This document shows, piece after piece, positions 1 through 10,839 of a DNA stretch of 64,000 bases. The position numbers were made by a program, and so were the translations under genes. The DNA comes from Andalucia godoyi And28. Lineage: Eukaryota; Protista; Jakobida. The stretch spans positions 303,923 through 367,922 of the forward strand of contig VRVR01000018.1 of assembly GCA_009859145.1 (NCBI GenBank), given 5' to 3'. The notes below the pieces were generated by a model, which was given only the letters and a program-made list of their open reading frames with translations, did not search any database and was not told the DNA's origin. The first letter of the stretch is position 1; every line of letters starts with the position of its first letter.

Positions 1-1
1 A

Positions 2-3000
2 CGAAGTCAGTTTTTTAGACCCTTGTTACCAACCGACGGATTCGCGCTGCCAGACACGTATGTGTTTGTCGTTGTGGACGTTTCGCAATCCGGTGCTTAT
101 GTATGGGTAGACGGCAATCTTGAAATTTTTGTGCGCTTTCCTTCCAACGCTACCAGTTTGAGACTTCCCACTGGTCCCCAGACGGTTCATTTTGGACGAC
201 GGTGTCCCACAGGCGGATACTGCCCCCTTCAAGCGATCGACCATATCGCGGTATTCAGCAGGAGTCTGGGACCCGAGACGGTGGCGAAGTCATTAACGTC
301 GGACCCGCGGACCAACGCCCGTGTGAACACTTCTCTTATTGCGTTGTACTCGTTTGACGGGACAAATCTGGCGCAGAGTATGGTTCCCTCGAACGGATTG
401 TCGTTTGTCAGCTCTTCGTTGTCGAGCAAGCCATCTTACGCCAAAGTAGAAGGCATCCACTTTGCAGAGTGCCCATCACAGTCTGTGAACTGCTCCACGT
501 TTGGAGGTCACGCGTTCTTTCGAAATGACGTTGTTCTGAATCAGTGGAATGCACGACTGTCGGATTCCATGACAACTGATTTCAGAATCGTCGATCGTCT
601 CTCGTCGTGCGAACAGCTGCGAGCAATGGGATATAATCGCGATGTCGAGACTGTTCTGTACTCCAAAGGGTTAAATGCTGTTGTCGTTCACTGCAAGTAC
701 ATGTCCGGCACGACGCCGTCTGCATTCCTGAGGTTGGTCACTCCCGCGACAATGAACTTTACCGGTGGAAAGAAAATTTGGGAGAAATTGCCAATATCCA
801 TGAGTTCTAACAAAATATGTGCTTCTTGCATGGATTTTGTGACGTTTGATCCTCCCAATTCCTTTTTTAAAGGTGATTTCGGAAACTTTTCAGGCGAAGC
901 AGTTGCCACACAGAACATTCATTTTGAAGCGGATTTCATTAGCAGCCCTTTTGGGTTCGGGCAGCGATATGTCCGCCTGTTCAATGTCGGTGCTTTCAAC
1001 CAAGACTTCACGAACGGCAATCGCACGATGTCCATAACTGCATCGAATGGCGAAGGGGCGTATATACCGGGGTGCTTCGAGTACGGGGGGTTTTGCATCA
1101 CTCTCGACGCTGCTTCGAGTTCTCCAAACGTTTCTTTTCCCTGGAAACTCGTAACATTTGTTCTTCCGCCGAGCACTTCTTCTGATGGCTCTTCATTGGC
1201 GTACCCGTCGCAAAGTCTCACCGTGCAACTCGGCGGCAGGCGACCAACCGGTTCGCAGTCCTGGTACTTTTCGTTCCAGTTTCAACTGAAAACAGCACGC
1301 GCGTTTACGAATCAGCTTGCTGACAATGATGGGGATAATCCCGCAAACTGGGATGGAAGCGTTTTACCGGGCGCACAAGACACAGTGTTTGTCGGCGCTG
1401 GCACGTTGATTCGGTTTCGAACCGCGCAGCTGAGTGTGCTGAAGTTTGTCTTGTCCGGTGGCACTGTGGTTGGTCCGGGTGCGAACAACGACTCATACTA
1501 CATTCAAGCGCAGGGCGGAAGCCTGTCTACAGGGACGCTTCAGGATATACGCATCATCTTTTTGCTGCCGACAGGGACTCCAAAGTCAAATGGAGTAGAC
1601 ATGTCGCCCAAAAGTGGACCAACACTAACCCTCAACAATTCCACCCTGGAATTTGTCAACACATCCTTCTCTTTTATGACGAGGATGAATGCTTTCAACT
1701 CCCGTTTTGTTTCCAACAGTCAGTTCGAGTTTTGGCACCTTCTGTCGCCATTTGGAAATCTCTCGGATTTCACCTTGCAGATCAAATCTGGAGGAACCGG
1801 GCTGATTCGAAGCTCTGCAACCGTTGCACCGCTATCCCTGATTATCGAACCTGGAGCGATGGCTGTTGTGCCGTTTTTTAACCAGTTCACTGACGTACTG
1901 GGTTCTCAAAAGAACTTTATTGATAACAAGGGCGTGCTCATGTTCGGATACGATGCAAAGGCTGTGCAGGATGTGTACCTCACGGATGCCGATGATGGTG
2001 GTAATTTGAATGGCGCTATTTTCAAATTGTTCCGCCCTCTGAGTGAAAATGTGCGCTCTCGTATCAACTGTCCTGCTGCCAGTCCAGCGGCTTTGGTGCT
2101 CCCATCTCGTGGCATGGACGTGATGCTGACGACAAATCCCCTTCCTGTCAATCTACCGAATTCCTACATTATTGTCAATGTTTCGTTTGGTGATGGCTCA
2201 TCATACGACTGCATCCTGACAAACAGCTCGAGTACTGGTACGATTTCAATCTCAGGAGGTGTGCTTTACTCGGGTATCGGTATTTTGGATGTTGTATTTA
2301 CTCAATTGTATTCCGGGCCGCTTAGTAGCTTATCTCCATTGGGCGCGGTTCTCAACGTTTCCGTTCCACAAATTCTGCGATCTTGTGCGACGCTGATCCG
2401 CGTTACGGTGAATTCTCCGAATGCAGCCATCGCTGTTCGTAGCATTTTGATATGGTCACCGCAGAGTGTGGTGGACGTCTCCCGCTCGTCATTGCTATCG
2501 ATCGAAGCGATGAGTCTTTGCAGGAAGTCACTGCCAATTCGGTTTTCCAACGACGGTGGAATGGTGAGGAGTTCCGGTTTTGGAAGCTTGATGTTTTCTG
2601 GGGATTGGTCCCGCGGTGGTGAGAATACATTGAAAGGACAGTTTTTCTTTTCAAATGAATCCGCAGTCGTGTTTGACATCAATCGTGCTCCGGCGGTTAC
2701 CAATACGGCGACGTATTTTCTGCCATCCTCTTCCGCACTCTCGGTTTCTCTGCTGATTGTGAACCCACGTGCTCGACTTATCGTCGACGGGAGCTTGATT
2801 GCTCGGGATGCGCTGATAGCAGGACAGCTGCTGTTCACAGCCGACTGCCTTGCGAATAATCGGTCCGCGATTCCATCAATCAGCATCGCCAACATATCCG
2901 GGGTACTTGTGGGCGTTGCGCAGCAAATGTTCCGCTTCGACGGTGGCTCTTCTGCTGCATTCTCTGCGGTTAATTCTTCGAACGGATCTCCGATTTCTGG

Positions 3001-6000
3001 CGCTCTTACTGTGTCCAGCGCTGTGCAGGACGAGTGGAATCGATGGATTGAATTGACAGATGCAGATCCAACGTCGGAACTGTTTCTTCGGTTCGATCCG
3101 TCTGTCCGATCTCTGTGCAGTAATTCGTTTTCCTGCGTCCTGTCACTGGATCGGCGAGTCAAAAGGGGAGATGTCGCTGTTCCATTGAACCGGGAAATCA
3201 CGGGAGACTATTTCTTGGGTGCTCCGACATATGCCAAATCTTGGATTCTCGACCCTGCCGGTATTAGAAACTTCTCCGTTCTTCCGGATATTTGGATGGC
3301 CGAAATCGTAAGTTTTCATGCTGCGCCAGTACCTTTCAGGAACACCATCGTTTACGGACCTGACGCCGGTGATGTCGAGCAACTGAATCATGTGAGCGAT
3401 TTGTTCACCCGTGCGGAGTTCTATGCAGACGGTGGTCTTGTACAGGAAACAGTCGCCTTCGACAACGTGATTGCTGTCGGCTCGTTAATGCAGGTTGAGG
3501 ATTGCTGGATTTCCAGATTCCATCCACTCGGAGCAACCGTCAAATTCCGAGTCACGTCGAAATCCTCCACGATGAGTCTGCCTGCAAACATGACTGTCAC
3601 GATGTCACAGTTGAGCGCTCCGACCGCCAATGCGATGCTATTCAACCCTTCAACCTCCTTTTTGTCCATTCTGGACTCGCAGTTCAATTACGGATTCGAC
3701 ATCTCGTTTCTGATGTCTGTCGATGAGTATGCATTGTCCGTTAAGCCGTTCTCACCTTCCCCAGCGATTTCCGTGTGTCCCGGTGTTATCAAAGTTGGAC
3801 GGCAGTCGCTGACAGTGCTCCCCTCATTGTTGGATGCTTCTTCGTTACGGAGGATTTCTTTGCGCATCCAGGGGTTCAAGTCGTCGGATGTGAATGCGCT
3901 GCCGTCTGGACTGGCGTGCGTGTTTAATGCGCTTCAGCAGCAAAATTCTTCCGCAGTTTGGGACAGTAGTTTGGGTGTTGTCAATTGTTCCGTCCCCGTT
4001 TCTGTTGCCGCCGGCAGTGTGAATGTGATTTTGCAGAATGGGACTATTGAATTGGGTTCTGGAAATTTCAGTATCTCCAATGTCGCGACGTTTTCTGCTG
4101 CATCCGTGGACGTGAATGCGACCTTTATTCGGATTTCCTTCTCTTCTCCCACCAATATGCCTTCCTCTCCTGATTGTTCACTCCTTTTGCTCCTGGCATC
4201 TCGCCTGACTTTGGGTGAAAGGACTGGCTTGCAGTGCTCATGGCAGGATGCGTCGAACTTGGTGATTCAGCTTGGGCAGCTGGTTGTGTGGAACAAAGAT
4301 GATCCGTTTTTCAATATTTCGATAGTCCCCGGGTCCATTCGAGATGGCACCGATGTGACAGCAGCGGCGCAGATTCCAACTTTGATTCGGCTTCCGTTCT
4401 CTCCTCCGTTGCCGATGTTCCAAATCTCTCCCAGTCAAGCCGTTGTGAACATTTGTGACGCCTTTTCCCTCTCTGCAGTACTGGTTTCCGGAGGTTTGAA
4501 CCGGGCGGTGAGCAGCACTTGGAGGTTGTTGTCCACGTCCATGACTGGATTCAACCAGTCTTTGCCGTATCCCGTGTCCAGCAGTTTGGAAGTGTCACTG
4601 GGTGACCCCTTTCGACTTCCAGGATCTTTCGTATTTGAATTCACGGGAGTGAACGCGTTTGGATATCAGTTCCGCGCAACGGTGAATGTGACGAGACGTT
4701 CCAACGAAATAACGAGTGCCAGCATAGTGGGTCCGAGTCCTGCAACAGTTCGCATTTCGCAAGCTTTGACTTTGAATTCTCTTGTTGCGTCCGCCTCCTG
4801 TCTTTCTTCGCTGGGCTTCTCAGTAGACTATGAATGGAACATCTCGGGATCGACGTTGTCTGCTGTTGCAATCGGAAAGGCTGCATCTGCAAAGGGGCTG
4901 TCGTCGATCGTGTTCCCTGGGTTTGCGTTCGTTTCGGGGAACAATTACAGTGTTTCACTGCGAGTGAAGACTGTTCCGTTCCTGTCGTCCGCATTGCTTG
5001 CCGAGTTCCAATTCTCTGCATTTGCGCTGCCATTGTCTGCGGTTGTGGACCAAGGCTCCTTTGTGGAGCAAGGAGTGGCCAGCCCACTGCGACTTTCGAG
5101 TCTGGGTTCTGTTGATCCGGACAACGAGCCTGGAATCACTCCCACCTTCTTGTGGTCTTGCCTGCGGTTTGCGAACTCCACTGCAGCGAAACTCAGAGAC
5201 GAATCCCAAGGAGCTGTCTGCTCAGAGATCTCTTCCGTTGCCAAGACTGCTTCCGTTTTAGACATCCCAGCCAAAGTTCTCCAGGTCTCCTTTTCGTATG
5301 TATTTGCGATAACGTACTCGAAGGGCTCGCGCTCTTCGACGTCCTCGATTGTCGTGTTTACAAAGTCCGGAAATCCGCCGCTTGTGCGCATTTCCCAGCC
5401 GGTGACGAAGGTGTCTGCAGCCGAAAAGGTTGTGGTGACCGCGGAGGTCTCGTCTCCTGATCCACGTCCTCAAATTCAGTGGCAGTTTGTTTCGGGATCA
5501 CCGTCGTTTGATCTAACCAACAGTTCGCTAATTCTTTCGTCTGACAAGTCCGCCAACCTTGTGATCGCCCCCGGAATTCTTGTTTCTGGCCAAACTTATT
5601 CGTTTGAAGTTGTCGTCACAGATCAATGGGGTGCGAACTCGTCCGCATTCCGGAATGTCATCGTCAACACTCCACCAGCAGGTGGGTCTTGCTCCGTTAT
5701 TCCCGACTCCGGGTTCGAACTGGAAACGGAATTTACGCTGTCATGCTCCGGTTGGTCGGATGAAGATGCTCCAATCCAGTATGATGTTTATCTGGTGAAC
5801 AGGGTTGATCTTTCTGTCGTTGCGCTTCCTCTCACTGTCGAGGACCCGAACCGTGTGATACTGCTTCCGAACCAACTCATCTATAATACTCCAAAGATGA
5901 TTTTGCCTCCGTCAAAAAGCTCCACAGGAAATATGACGTTGCTGTTCAACATCAGAGATTCATTCCGATCGTCTGTTTTGGTATCTGCGAACGTCAAGGT

Positions 6001-8980
6001 CGTGCGCAAAGTGTTTGCAACCGAAGGTGCTCGAATCTCGTTCGTCAACAATGTCGTGAACACGGAACTAAAGGAAAAGCTGCAGTCTAACGACACAACA
6101 GCCATCTTGCAATTGACAACTTCTATTGCGCAGTCGCTGACTTCGAACAGTTCTGCAGCCTCGGCAGCCTCTAGCCTTATTTCGCAGTCGTCTTCTTCGC
6201 AAGACTCTTCCAAGTGCCCAGCCTCGTGCTACAACGGTGTCTGTGTTACGCAGAACAACGTCGCGTTTTGCAGATGCAATGCAGGCTGGGGTGGCCCTGT
6301 GTGCAATCTCAACCGAACGGAAATTGACGACCGAGCCCGTGTCAACGCCCAGCTCTTGCAGGGCCTTCTGCAGGTGAGTGCGTCGCCGTCGTCGACCATG
6401 GATGTAACGGAATCAAAGCAGCTTTTGCGCTCCACGATGGACGCTGTTGTAACGATCACTGAGAATCCTCTGATGATTGATGATTCGGGAGCTGCAAAAA
6501 TGGAGTCTGTTATCTCCAATGTCGTTCTTGCAGCGCAGAATACGGGGGCGGACAGTCAGTTGTTCGAGCGCATGAATTCCGCATTGTCGCAATACGTGCT
6601 CATGGTTGGATTGGGCGAGAGCTTGCAGCAGCGTCAATCGTTCTCAGAGCAAGGCAGAAATCGATCCGCGACGGCAGACAGGAAGAATGCGCAAACCGTC
6701 AATGACCTGATGCGTCAAATGGGTCAGTCAATTGCGGTGTCGTTGTCTGCTGGAGAGCGCGCCGTGGAAACATCGACCTCCGTGTTCGTCAATCGCATCC
6801 AGAAGAAGGACGCGAGTCAGCTTGGCGGTAGTCGGATCGAAGCAGGTGGTTCCCTACTTGTTGCGGATCCTTCTTCCAACGTCACGTCAGCAATGTTTGA
6901 TCTTCCTGCTTCATTTTCTCCTTGCCAGAACTCGAACGAATCATCGAACCACGTCACAAATTGGAATCGCAACCCGTATTCGTTTGCAATGGGGGCGAAC
7001 GACACGACCGCATCTACATTGGTGACCTTTAGATTTACGGACTCGAATGGGACGGAATGCTCGGTTGCCAACTTGCAGGTGCCCATCGTTTTCTATATTC
7101 CTTTGAGCGCAAATGCGTCCTCTGCGATGAACACCAGTGTGATTCCTTCTTGTTCTTTTTTCGACGATGCAGCGCAAAATTACTCAACCAAAGGTGTGCA
7201 AAGCAAGGTTCTTCGGAATTCCCGCGGTCACGCGTACGCTGTTCAGTGCAACACGACCCACTTGACCTCCTTTGTAACATTTGAAGCTGCGGCGTCTTCG
7301 GTGCCTGACGTTGCGCTCGTCGATGTGACGAGTACGAATGCGTACAATGCAGATTTGTTGACATCCGACATTTTCTATGTCGTCTTGGCGATATTGCTCA
7401 TCGGATGGAGTCTGATGATCCTTGGTTATATCAAGGATCGTCGTGCACAGCTTGATTTTCTGTCTGCAGCGGTAATCACCGTGTTGCCTAGCTCCGCTTC
7501 GGCTTCCGTGGACATGCAAAATCCTTGTTCTGCACAGCCGGATTGCGAGCAGCCGGCAGATGCACATCAGATCTTGGTGGGTGCAAAGTATGTCGCAAAG
7601 GATTCTGAATCGCAGCCGGTTTCGAGTGGAGGAGATGTTTCAAAGCCGATGGCAGAGGCGCAGGCAGACAAGGCCAATGGCCTTCCAAAGGACGAAGAAA
7701 GTGGAATTGCTCCTGCGGAAGGCGTTGTCTTCCCCGTCGGTATCTATGCATCGACAAACGCGGGAGATGTTGCCGCCTACCGTGTTGAGGGCGACGAAGA
7801 AATTGTGACCCTCAAACAAGAAGACCGTTGGGTTCAGTTCCGTCGTCGCTTGCCTCCAAAGATGAAGCACGAGCATTTGGTGCTGTCAATGTTCTTCCGC
7901 GATCCTCATGAACTTGTGACTCGTCCTCAACGGGTGATGCTTCTCATGTGCCTGATTTTCCTTGCTATGGCGATCAATGCGTTCTTTAGCCCAAGCAAGG
8001 ATGCGTCATTCGGTGCAAAGTTTGCAGTGAGCGTGCTGAGTTCATGGATGGCCGAGCCATTGGTTGTCATGATGTCGCTGTTGTTTGCTCGCATTGCCGC
8101 GGATAAGGAAAGGAATCGCCGCCGAAAGGAAAAGGTCCTGAGAGGAGAAACGACGTCGAACGCCGCGGCATTGGCGGTAGCTGCGCCTCCTGGTCTTCCT
8201 GTCCTTCAGCCGCTCACCGATACTTCGTCGCCGTCCTCCGCGTCCACGCAGCCCCAGGTTTCTGCATTTCCGACGGCGGATAACGCCGCATCCGCCCCGT
8301 TGTTTTCTCCGCGTTCTCGCGCAGCTGTGGACAATGCTGGCACGGCCCCAGAGGACCAGCAATTCGACTCGGTGATTACTCTGGATTCTGGATTCCGCTC
8401 GAGGAGGTACAATAAGCAGATGAAGAAGCTGCGCGATGGCAGACCTGTGTACGGTCCACCATCGATTGCGAACATTTTGATCATTATGTTTACCATGATT
8501 TTGTTTACCTTGTTGATCGTGTTCTGGCTTCTGCAGGCTGGAGCGGAGCCGTTTGAAATTGGCATTTGGGTGGGAGCGATGGCGCTTCTTACCATATTCT
8601 TTTTGTATGCGCAGGTTTGGAGGCGTCGACCGCGTTTAGATGAAGAAGGTGTGCGAGCGATGGCGCAAAAGCGACGTGATGACCATGATAAGGCGTTTGC
8701 GGATGACGGTGCCCAGTTTTTGTTCCCAGCGTGGTGTGTTGTGCTTGTGTACATTCTGGCGGCATTGATTCAAGCATTTGCAGTTCACGTCATCTTCATT
8801 TACGCATTGATGTTTGACGCCGACAGTCGCCACTTCTGGTACATTGATTGTGCGTTGTCTTTCTGTCAGGACATGCTTATCGTCGAACCGCTTGTGATCA
8901 TCGGTGAGGCGCTTCATGAGACATTCTTGGACACTGTCGCAGGAGAATTCGTGGACATGATCATGTCTGTCATTTGCTAA
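2..8980 (+). CDS. Polycystin-1-like giant membrane protein (LamG/ConA-like, fibrinogen-like motif, beta-helix-like region, REJ, EGF, GAIN/GPS, multi-TM); 5' end lies upstream of the window
   Basis: Frame is open from base 2, so the ORF-track TTG at 23 is not the true start. LamG-like motif (VWVDG...IDHIAVFSRSL...LYSFDG). REJ-like repeats (SVDPD...FLWSC; VNTPPAGGSCSVIPDSGFELETEFTLSCSGWSDED). EGF (CPASCYNGVC...CRCNAGWGGPVC). GPS CSFFD...CNTTHLTSF at ~7151-7273. PKD1-type membrane motifs HLVLSMFF...TRPQRV and W...SFCQDMLIVEP. Confidence 0.85.
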   Translation, partial: RSQFFRPLLPTDGFALPDTYVFVVVDVSQSGAYVWVDGNLEIFVRFPSNATSLRLPTGPQTVHFGRRCPTGGYCPLQAIDHIAVFSRSLGPETVAKSLTSDPRTNARVNTSLIALYSFDGTNLAQSMVPSNGLSFVSSSLSSKPSYAKVEGIHFAECPSQSVNCSTFGGHAFFRNDVVLNQWNARLSDSMTTDFRIVDRLSSCEQLRAMGYNRDVETVLYSKGLNAVVVHCKYMSGTTPSAFLRLVTPATMNFTGGKKIWEKLPISMSSNKICASCMDFVTFDPPNSFFKGDFGNFSGEAVATQNIHFEADFISSPFGFGQRYVRLFNVGAFNQDFTNGNRTMSITASNGEGAYIPGCFEYGGFCITLDAASSSPNVSFPWKLVTFVLPPSTSSDGSSLAYPSQSLTVQLGGRRPTGSQSWYFSFQFQLKTARAFTNQLADNDGDNPANWDGSVLPGAQDTVFVGAGTLIRFRTAQLSVLKFVLSGGTVVGPGANNDSYYIQAQGGSLSTGTLQDIRIIFLLPTGTPKSNGVDMSPKSGPTLTLNNSTLEFVNTSFSFMTRMNAFNSRFVSNSQFEFWHLLSPFGNLSDFTLQIKSGGTGLIRSSATVAPLSLIIEPGAMAVVPFFNQFTDVLGSQKNFIDNKGVLMFGYDAKAVQDVYLTDADDGGNLNGAIFKLFRPLSENVRSRINCPAASPAALVLPSRGMDVMLTTNPLPVNLPNSYIIVNVSFGDGSSYDCILTNSSSTGTISISGGVLYSGIGILDVVFTQLYSGPLSSLSPLGAVLNVSVPQILRSCATLIRVTVNSPNAAIAVRSILIWSPQSVVDVSRSSLLSIEAMSLCRKSLPIRFSNDGGMVRSSGFGSLMFSGDWSRGGENTLKGQFFFSNESAVVFDINRAPAVTNTATYFLPSSSALSVSLLIVNPRARLIVDGSLIARDALIAGQLLFTADCLANNRSAIPSISIANISGVLVGVAQQMFRFDGGSSAAFSAVNSSNGSPISGALTVSSAVQDEWNRWIELTDADPTSELFLRFDPSVRSLCSNSFSCVLSLDRRVKRGDVAVPLNREITGDYFLGAPTYAKSWILDPAGIRNFSVLPDIWMAEIVSFHAAPVPFRNTIVYGPDAGDVEQLNHVSDLFTRAEFYADGGLVQETVAFDNVIAVGSLMQVEDCWISRFHPLGATVKFRVTSKSSTMSLPANMTVTMSQLSAPTANAMLFNPSTSFLSILDSQFNYGFDISFLMSVDEYALSVKPFSPSPAISVCPGVIKVGRQSLTVLPSLLDASSLRRISLRIQGFKSSDVNALPSGLACVFNALQQQNSSAVWDSSLGVVNCSVPVSVAAGSVNVILQNGTIELGSGNFSISNVATFSAASVDVNATFIRISFSSPTNMPSSPDCSLLLLLASRLTLGERTGLQCSWQDASNLVIQLGQLVVWNKDDPFFNISIVPGSIRDGTDVTAAAQIPTLIRLPFSPPLPMFQISPSQAVVNICDAFSLSAVLVSGGLNRAVSSTWRLLSTSMTGFNQSLPYPVSSSLEVSLGDPFRLPGSFVFEFTGVNAFGYQFRATVNVTRRSNEITSASIVGPSPATVRISQALTLNSLVASASCLSSLGFSVDYEWNISGSTLSAVAIGKAASAKGLSSIVFPGFAFVSGNNYSVSLRVKTVPFLSSALLAEFQFSAFALPLSAVVDQGSFVEQGVASPLRLSSLGSVDPDNEPGITPTFLWSCLRFANSTAAKLRDESQGAVCSEISSVAKTASVLDIPAKVLQVSFSYVFAITYSKGSRSSTSSIVVFTKSGNPPLVRISQPVTKVSAAEKVVVTAEVSSPDPRPQIQWQFVSGSPSFDLTNSSLILSSDKSANLVIAPGILVSGQTYSFEVVVTDQWGANSSAFRNVIVNTPPAGGSCSVIPDSGFELETEFTLSCSGWSDEDAPIQYDVYLVNRVDLSVVALPLTVEDPNRVILLPNQLIYNTPKMILPPSKSSTGNMTLLFNIRDSFRSSVLVSANVKVVRKVFATEGARISFVNNVVNTELKEKLQSNDTTAILQLTTSIAQSLTSNSSAASAASSLISQSSSSQDSSKCPASCYNGVCVTQNNVAFCRCNAGWGGPVCNLNRTEIDDRARVNAQLLQGLLQVSASPSSTMDVTESKQLLRSTMDAVVTITENPLMIDDSGAAKMESVISNVVLAAQNTGADSQLFERMNSALSQYVLMVGLGESLQQRQSFSEQGRNRSATADRKNAQTVNDLMRQMGQSIAVSLSAGERAVETSTSVFVNRIQKKDASQLGGSRIEAGGSLLVADPSSNVTSAMFDLPASFSPCQNSNESSNHVTNWNRNPYSFAMGANDTTASTLVTFRFTDSNGTECSVANLQVPIVFYIPLSANASSAMNTSVIPSCSFFDDAAQNYSTKGVQSKVLRNSRGHAYAVQCNTTHLTSFVTFEAAASSVPDVALVDVTSTNAYNADLLTSDIFYVVLAILLIGWSLMILGYIKDRRAQLDFLSAAVITVLPSSASASVDMQNPCSAQPDCEQPADAHQILVGAKYVAKDSESQPVSSGGDVSKPMAEAQADKANGLPKDEESGIAPAEGVVFPVGIYASTNAGDVAAYRVEGDEEIVTLKQEDRWVQFRRRLPPKMKHEHLVLSMFFRDPHELVTRPQRVMLLMCLIFLAMAINAFFSPSKDASFGAKFAVSVLSSWMAEPLVVMMSLLFARIAADKERNRRRKEKVLRGETTSNAAALAVAAPPGLPVLQPLTDTSSPSSASTQPQVSAFPTADNAASAPLFSPRSRAAVDNAGTAPEDQQFDSVITLDSGFRSRRYNKQMKKLRDGRPVYGPPSIANILIIMFTMILFTLLIVFWLLQAGAEPFEIGIWVGAMALLTIFFLYAQVWRRRPRLDEEGVRAMAQKRRDDHDKAFADDGAQFLFPAWCVVLVYILAALIQAFAVHVIFIYALMFDADSRHFWYIDCALSFCQDMLIVEPLVIIGEALHETFLDTVAGEFVDMIMSVIC

Positions 8981-9363
8981 TGGAGGGGGGAAAAAGAAGA
9001 AGAAAACACCGCTGCCACTTGTTGCGATATGATGAAGCAATCTAAAGGGCATGTAAACAAAAAACACTGCCACGCGCCATGCCGCATGCGTTTGGTATCT
9101 TAGCAACTCCGTCACACGATGCACGATTCGTTTGGCCCCATTTTGATCATGAAATCCCTATATAAATACGCCACCGCGTTGCATTATGCATGTTGTTGGG
9201 TTGCAGCATTGATTATGGGTGATCAGCGATGTTTGTCCGTGGTTAGTGTACAATGTAGGCGTTCCAGTTTGGAAAATAGCTGTCCTTTTTGGGATCCTAT
9301 ATTAATAAATAAAAAATAATAATAAAAACACGTTTCTGTCTTGAGTTTCGGCTTCCCGGGGGC

Positions 9364-10638
9364 TCACTTTCTGTCCTTCCCTTTTCTTTTCTTTCCCACT
9401 TCTTTGTCCGAGTCTGAATCCGCCAATGGACGACTTCGGCTGGGTTTCGCAAGCGCTCCAGCACCAGTGTCCTCCAGCTCCTCTTCCTCCTCTTCTGGTG
9501 CGTCATCATCATCACCAGGGCTCTGCACCCCACGAGCCTTTTCCGCTTTCAAGCTCATAGCTGCAACTTTTTTCTTTAAAGCAGCCGTGCTCTCCTCTTC
9601 TGAATCCGAGAAAGCTTGCTCTTCACTGTCCTCCGAGTCTTGGATCTTACTCTTCTTGCTCTTCTTTTGCTTCTTGCTGTTCTTTTTGGTCTTCATCGTC
9701 GATGGCACGTCATCATCATCCGAATCGCTGTCACGATCTTCCTTGGACGCACCAGATTTCTTTTCCTTTTTCAAAGCTCGCTTGAGCTTCTTTTCTTCGG
9801 TTCTTGAATGCTTTGCTCCCTTATCTGCAACCTCCGATACAGCCTCCGCGGCCTTGGTGGCTGGAGGAGGCTGCTCAACCATCGATTTCGCGTGTGAATC
9901 ATCCGCAACAAACTGATCAATCCGTTTTTCTCCTTCTTCCAACACTGCGCTGTCGATAATCTCAATCGAAGATGCTTGCTGTTGGAGGACGCGATACATT
10001 TCAGGGTCAATCAGGCAGGTCACTGCAGATCCCTTTGCTCCTTGTGGCACACCGCTGTTTTCCACAAACACGCCGAGATCTTTGAGCTCGGCTTCTCCTA
10101 TCCCAAAGATGCGGACCAACATGCGAGATCGCGCAATTGGCATTGTCTTGGAAAGCAGCCTGATGACCTCCAACGCCTGTTGCTTTGCGGGCTTCGTCAG
10201 CCTGATGACGTAGTGGGAATCCTTCAATGCTCTCTCAATCGTTGGTAAAGGATACGGTCTTTTTGTAAGCGGATTGAACGCTTTTTCCGCAACAATATTG
10301 CAGACATCATGAGTTAGCTGTGTTAGAATAGCCTGCCGCTCCTTCTCAGCAACCTGCAGCTCGCCCTTTTCCAAGATTTCGAGAATAATTTTCTGCTCAT
10401 CGTGTGTTCCAAACACTTCGTACATCTCCTGCTTATTCGCCATCTCCCCCTTTCCCACATTGTCGAACACAATGCGAGTCTGGAGCACCTCGTCGAGATC
10501 CTTTTCGACTCCCGATCTCCAAGAAAGAACCTTGTTTGGATACGCTGCAATCTCGAACTTCACGCCTTGTTTCTTGTACCGAATAACCGCAACATTCGTG
10601 TGTCGCCGCTGATTGACAGGTGTGAAGTGCTGCGCCAT
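9364..10638 (-). CDS. SBDS: Ribosome maturation protein SBDS/Sdo1 with long K/D/E/S-rich C-terminal extension (424 aa)
   Basis: MAQHFTPVNQRRHTNVAVIRYKKQGVKFEIAAYPNKV...DLDEVLQ...NPLTKRPYP...KPAKQQALEVI is the SBDS signature. ATG at 10638-10636; the ORF-track extension upstream only reads through a (CT)n microsatellite. Confidence 0.97.
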   Translation of the reverse strand: MAQHFTPVNQRRHTNVAVIRYKKQGVKFEIAAYPNKVLSWRSGVEKDLDEVLQTRIVFDNVGKGEMANKQEMYEVFGTHDEQKIILEILEKGELQVAEKERQAILTQLTHDVCNIVAEKAFNPLTKRPYPLPTIERALKDSHYVIRLTKPAKQQALEVIRLLSKTMPIARSRMLVRIFGIGEAELKDLGVFVENSGVPQGAKGSAVTCLIDPEMYRVLQQQASSIEIIDSAVLEEGEKRIDQFVADDSHAKSMVEQPPPATKAAEAVSEVADKGAKHSRTEEKKLKRALKKEKKSGASKEDRDSDSDDDDVPSTMKTKKNSKKQKKSKKSKIQDSEDSEEQAFSDSEEESTAALKKKVAAMSLKAEKARGVQSPGDDDDAPEEEEEELEDTGAGALAKPSRSRPLADSDSDKEVGKKRKGKDRK

Positions 10639-10761
10639 CTTGATTGATCCAACCACCTCTCTCAACACCAGCAGAAAAAAAACCCAAAAAATATATTCCG
10701 TGGTAAAAACAACAACAACAGCAGCAGCAATAGCAGCAACAGCCAAGAAAAAGTGTTGTGA

Positions 10762-10765
<4 letters not shown>

Positions 10766-10837
<72 letters not shown>
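10766..10837. repeat. (AG)36 microsatellite in the divergent SBDS / membrane-protein intergenic region
   Basis: Direct reading of the sequence. Confidence 0.98.
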
Positions 10838-10839
<2 letters not shown>

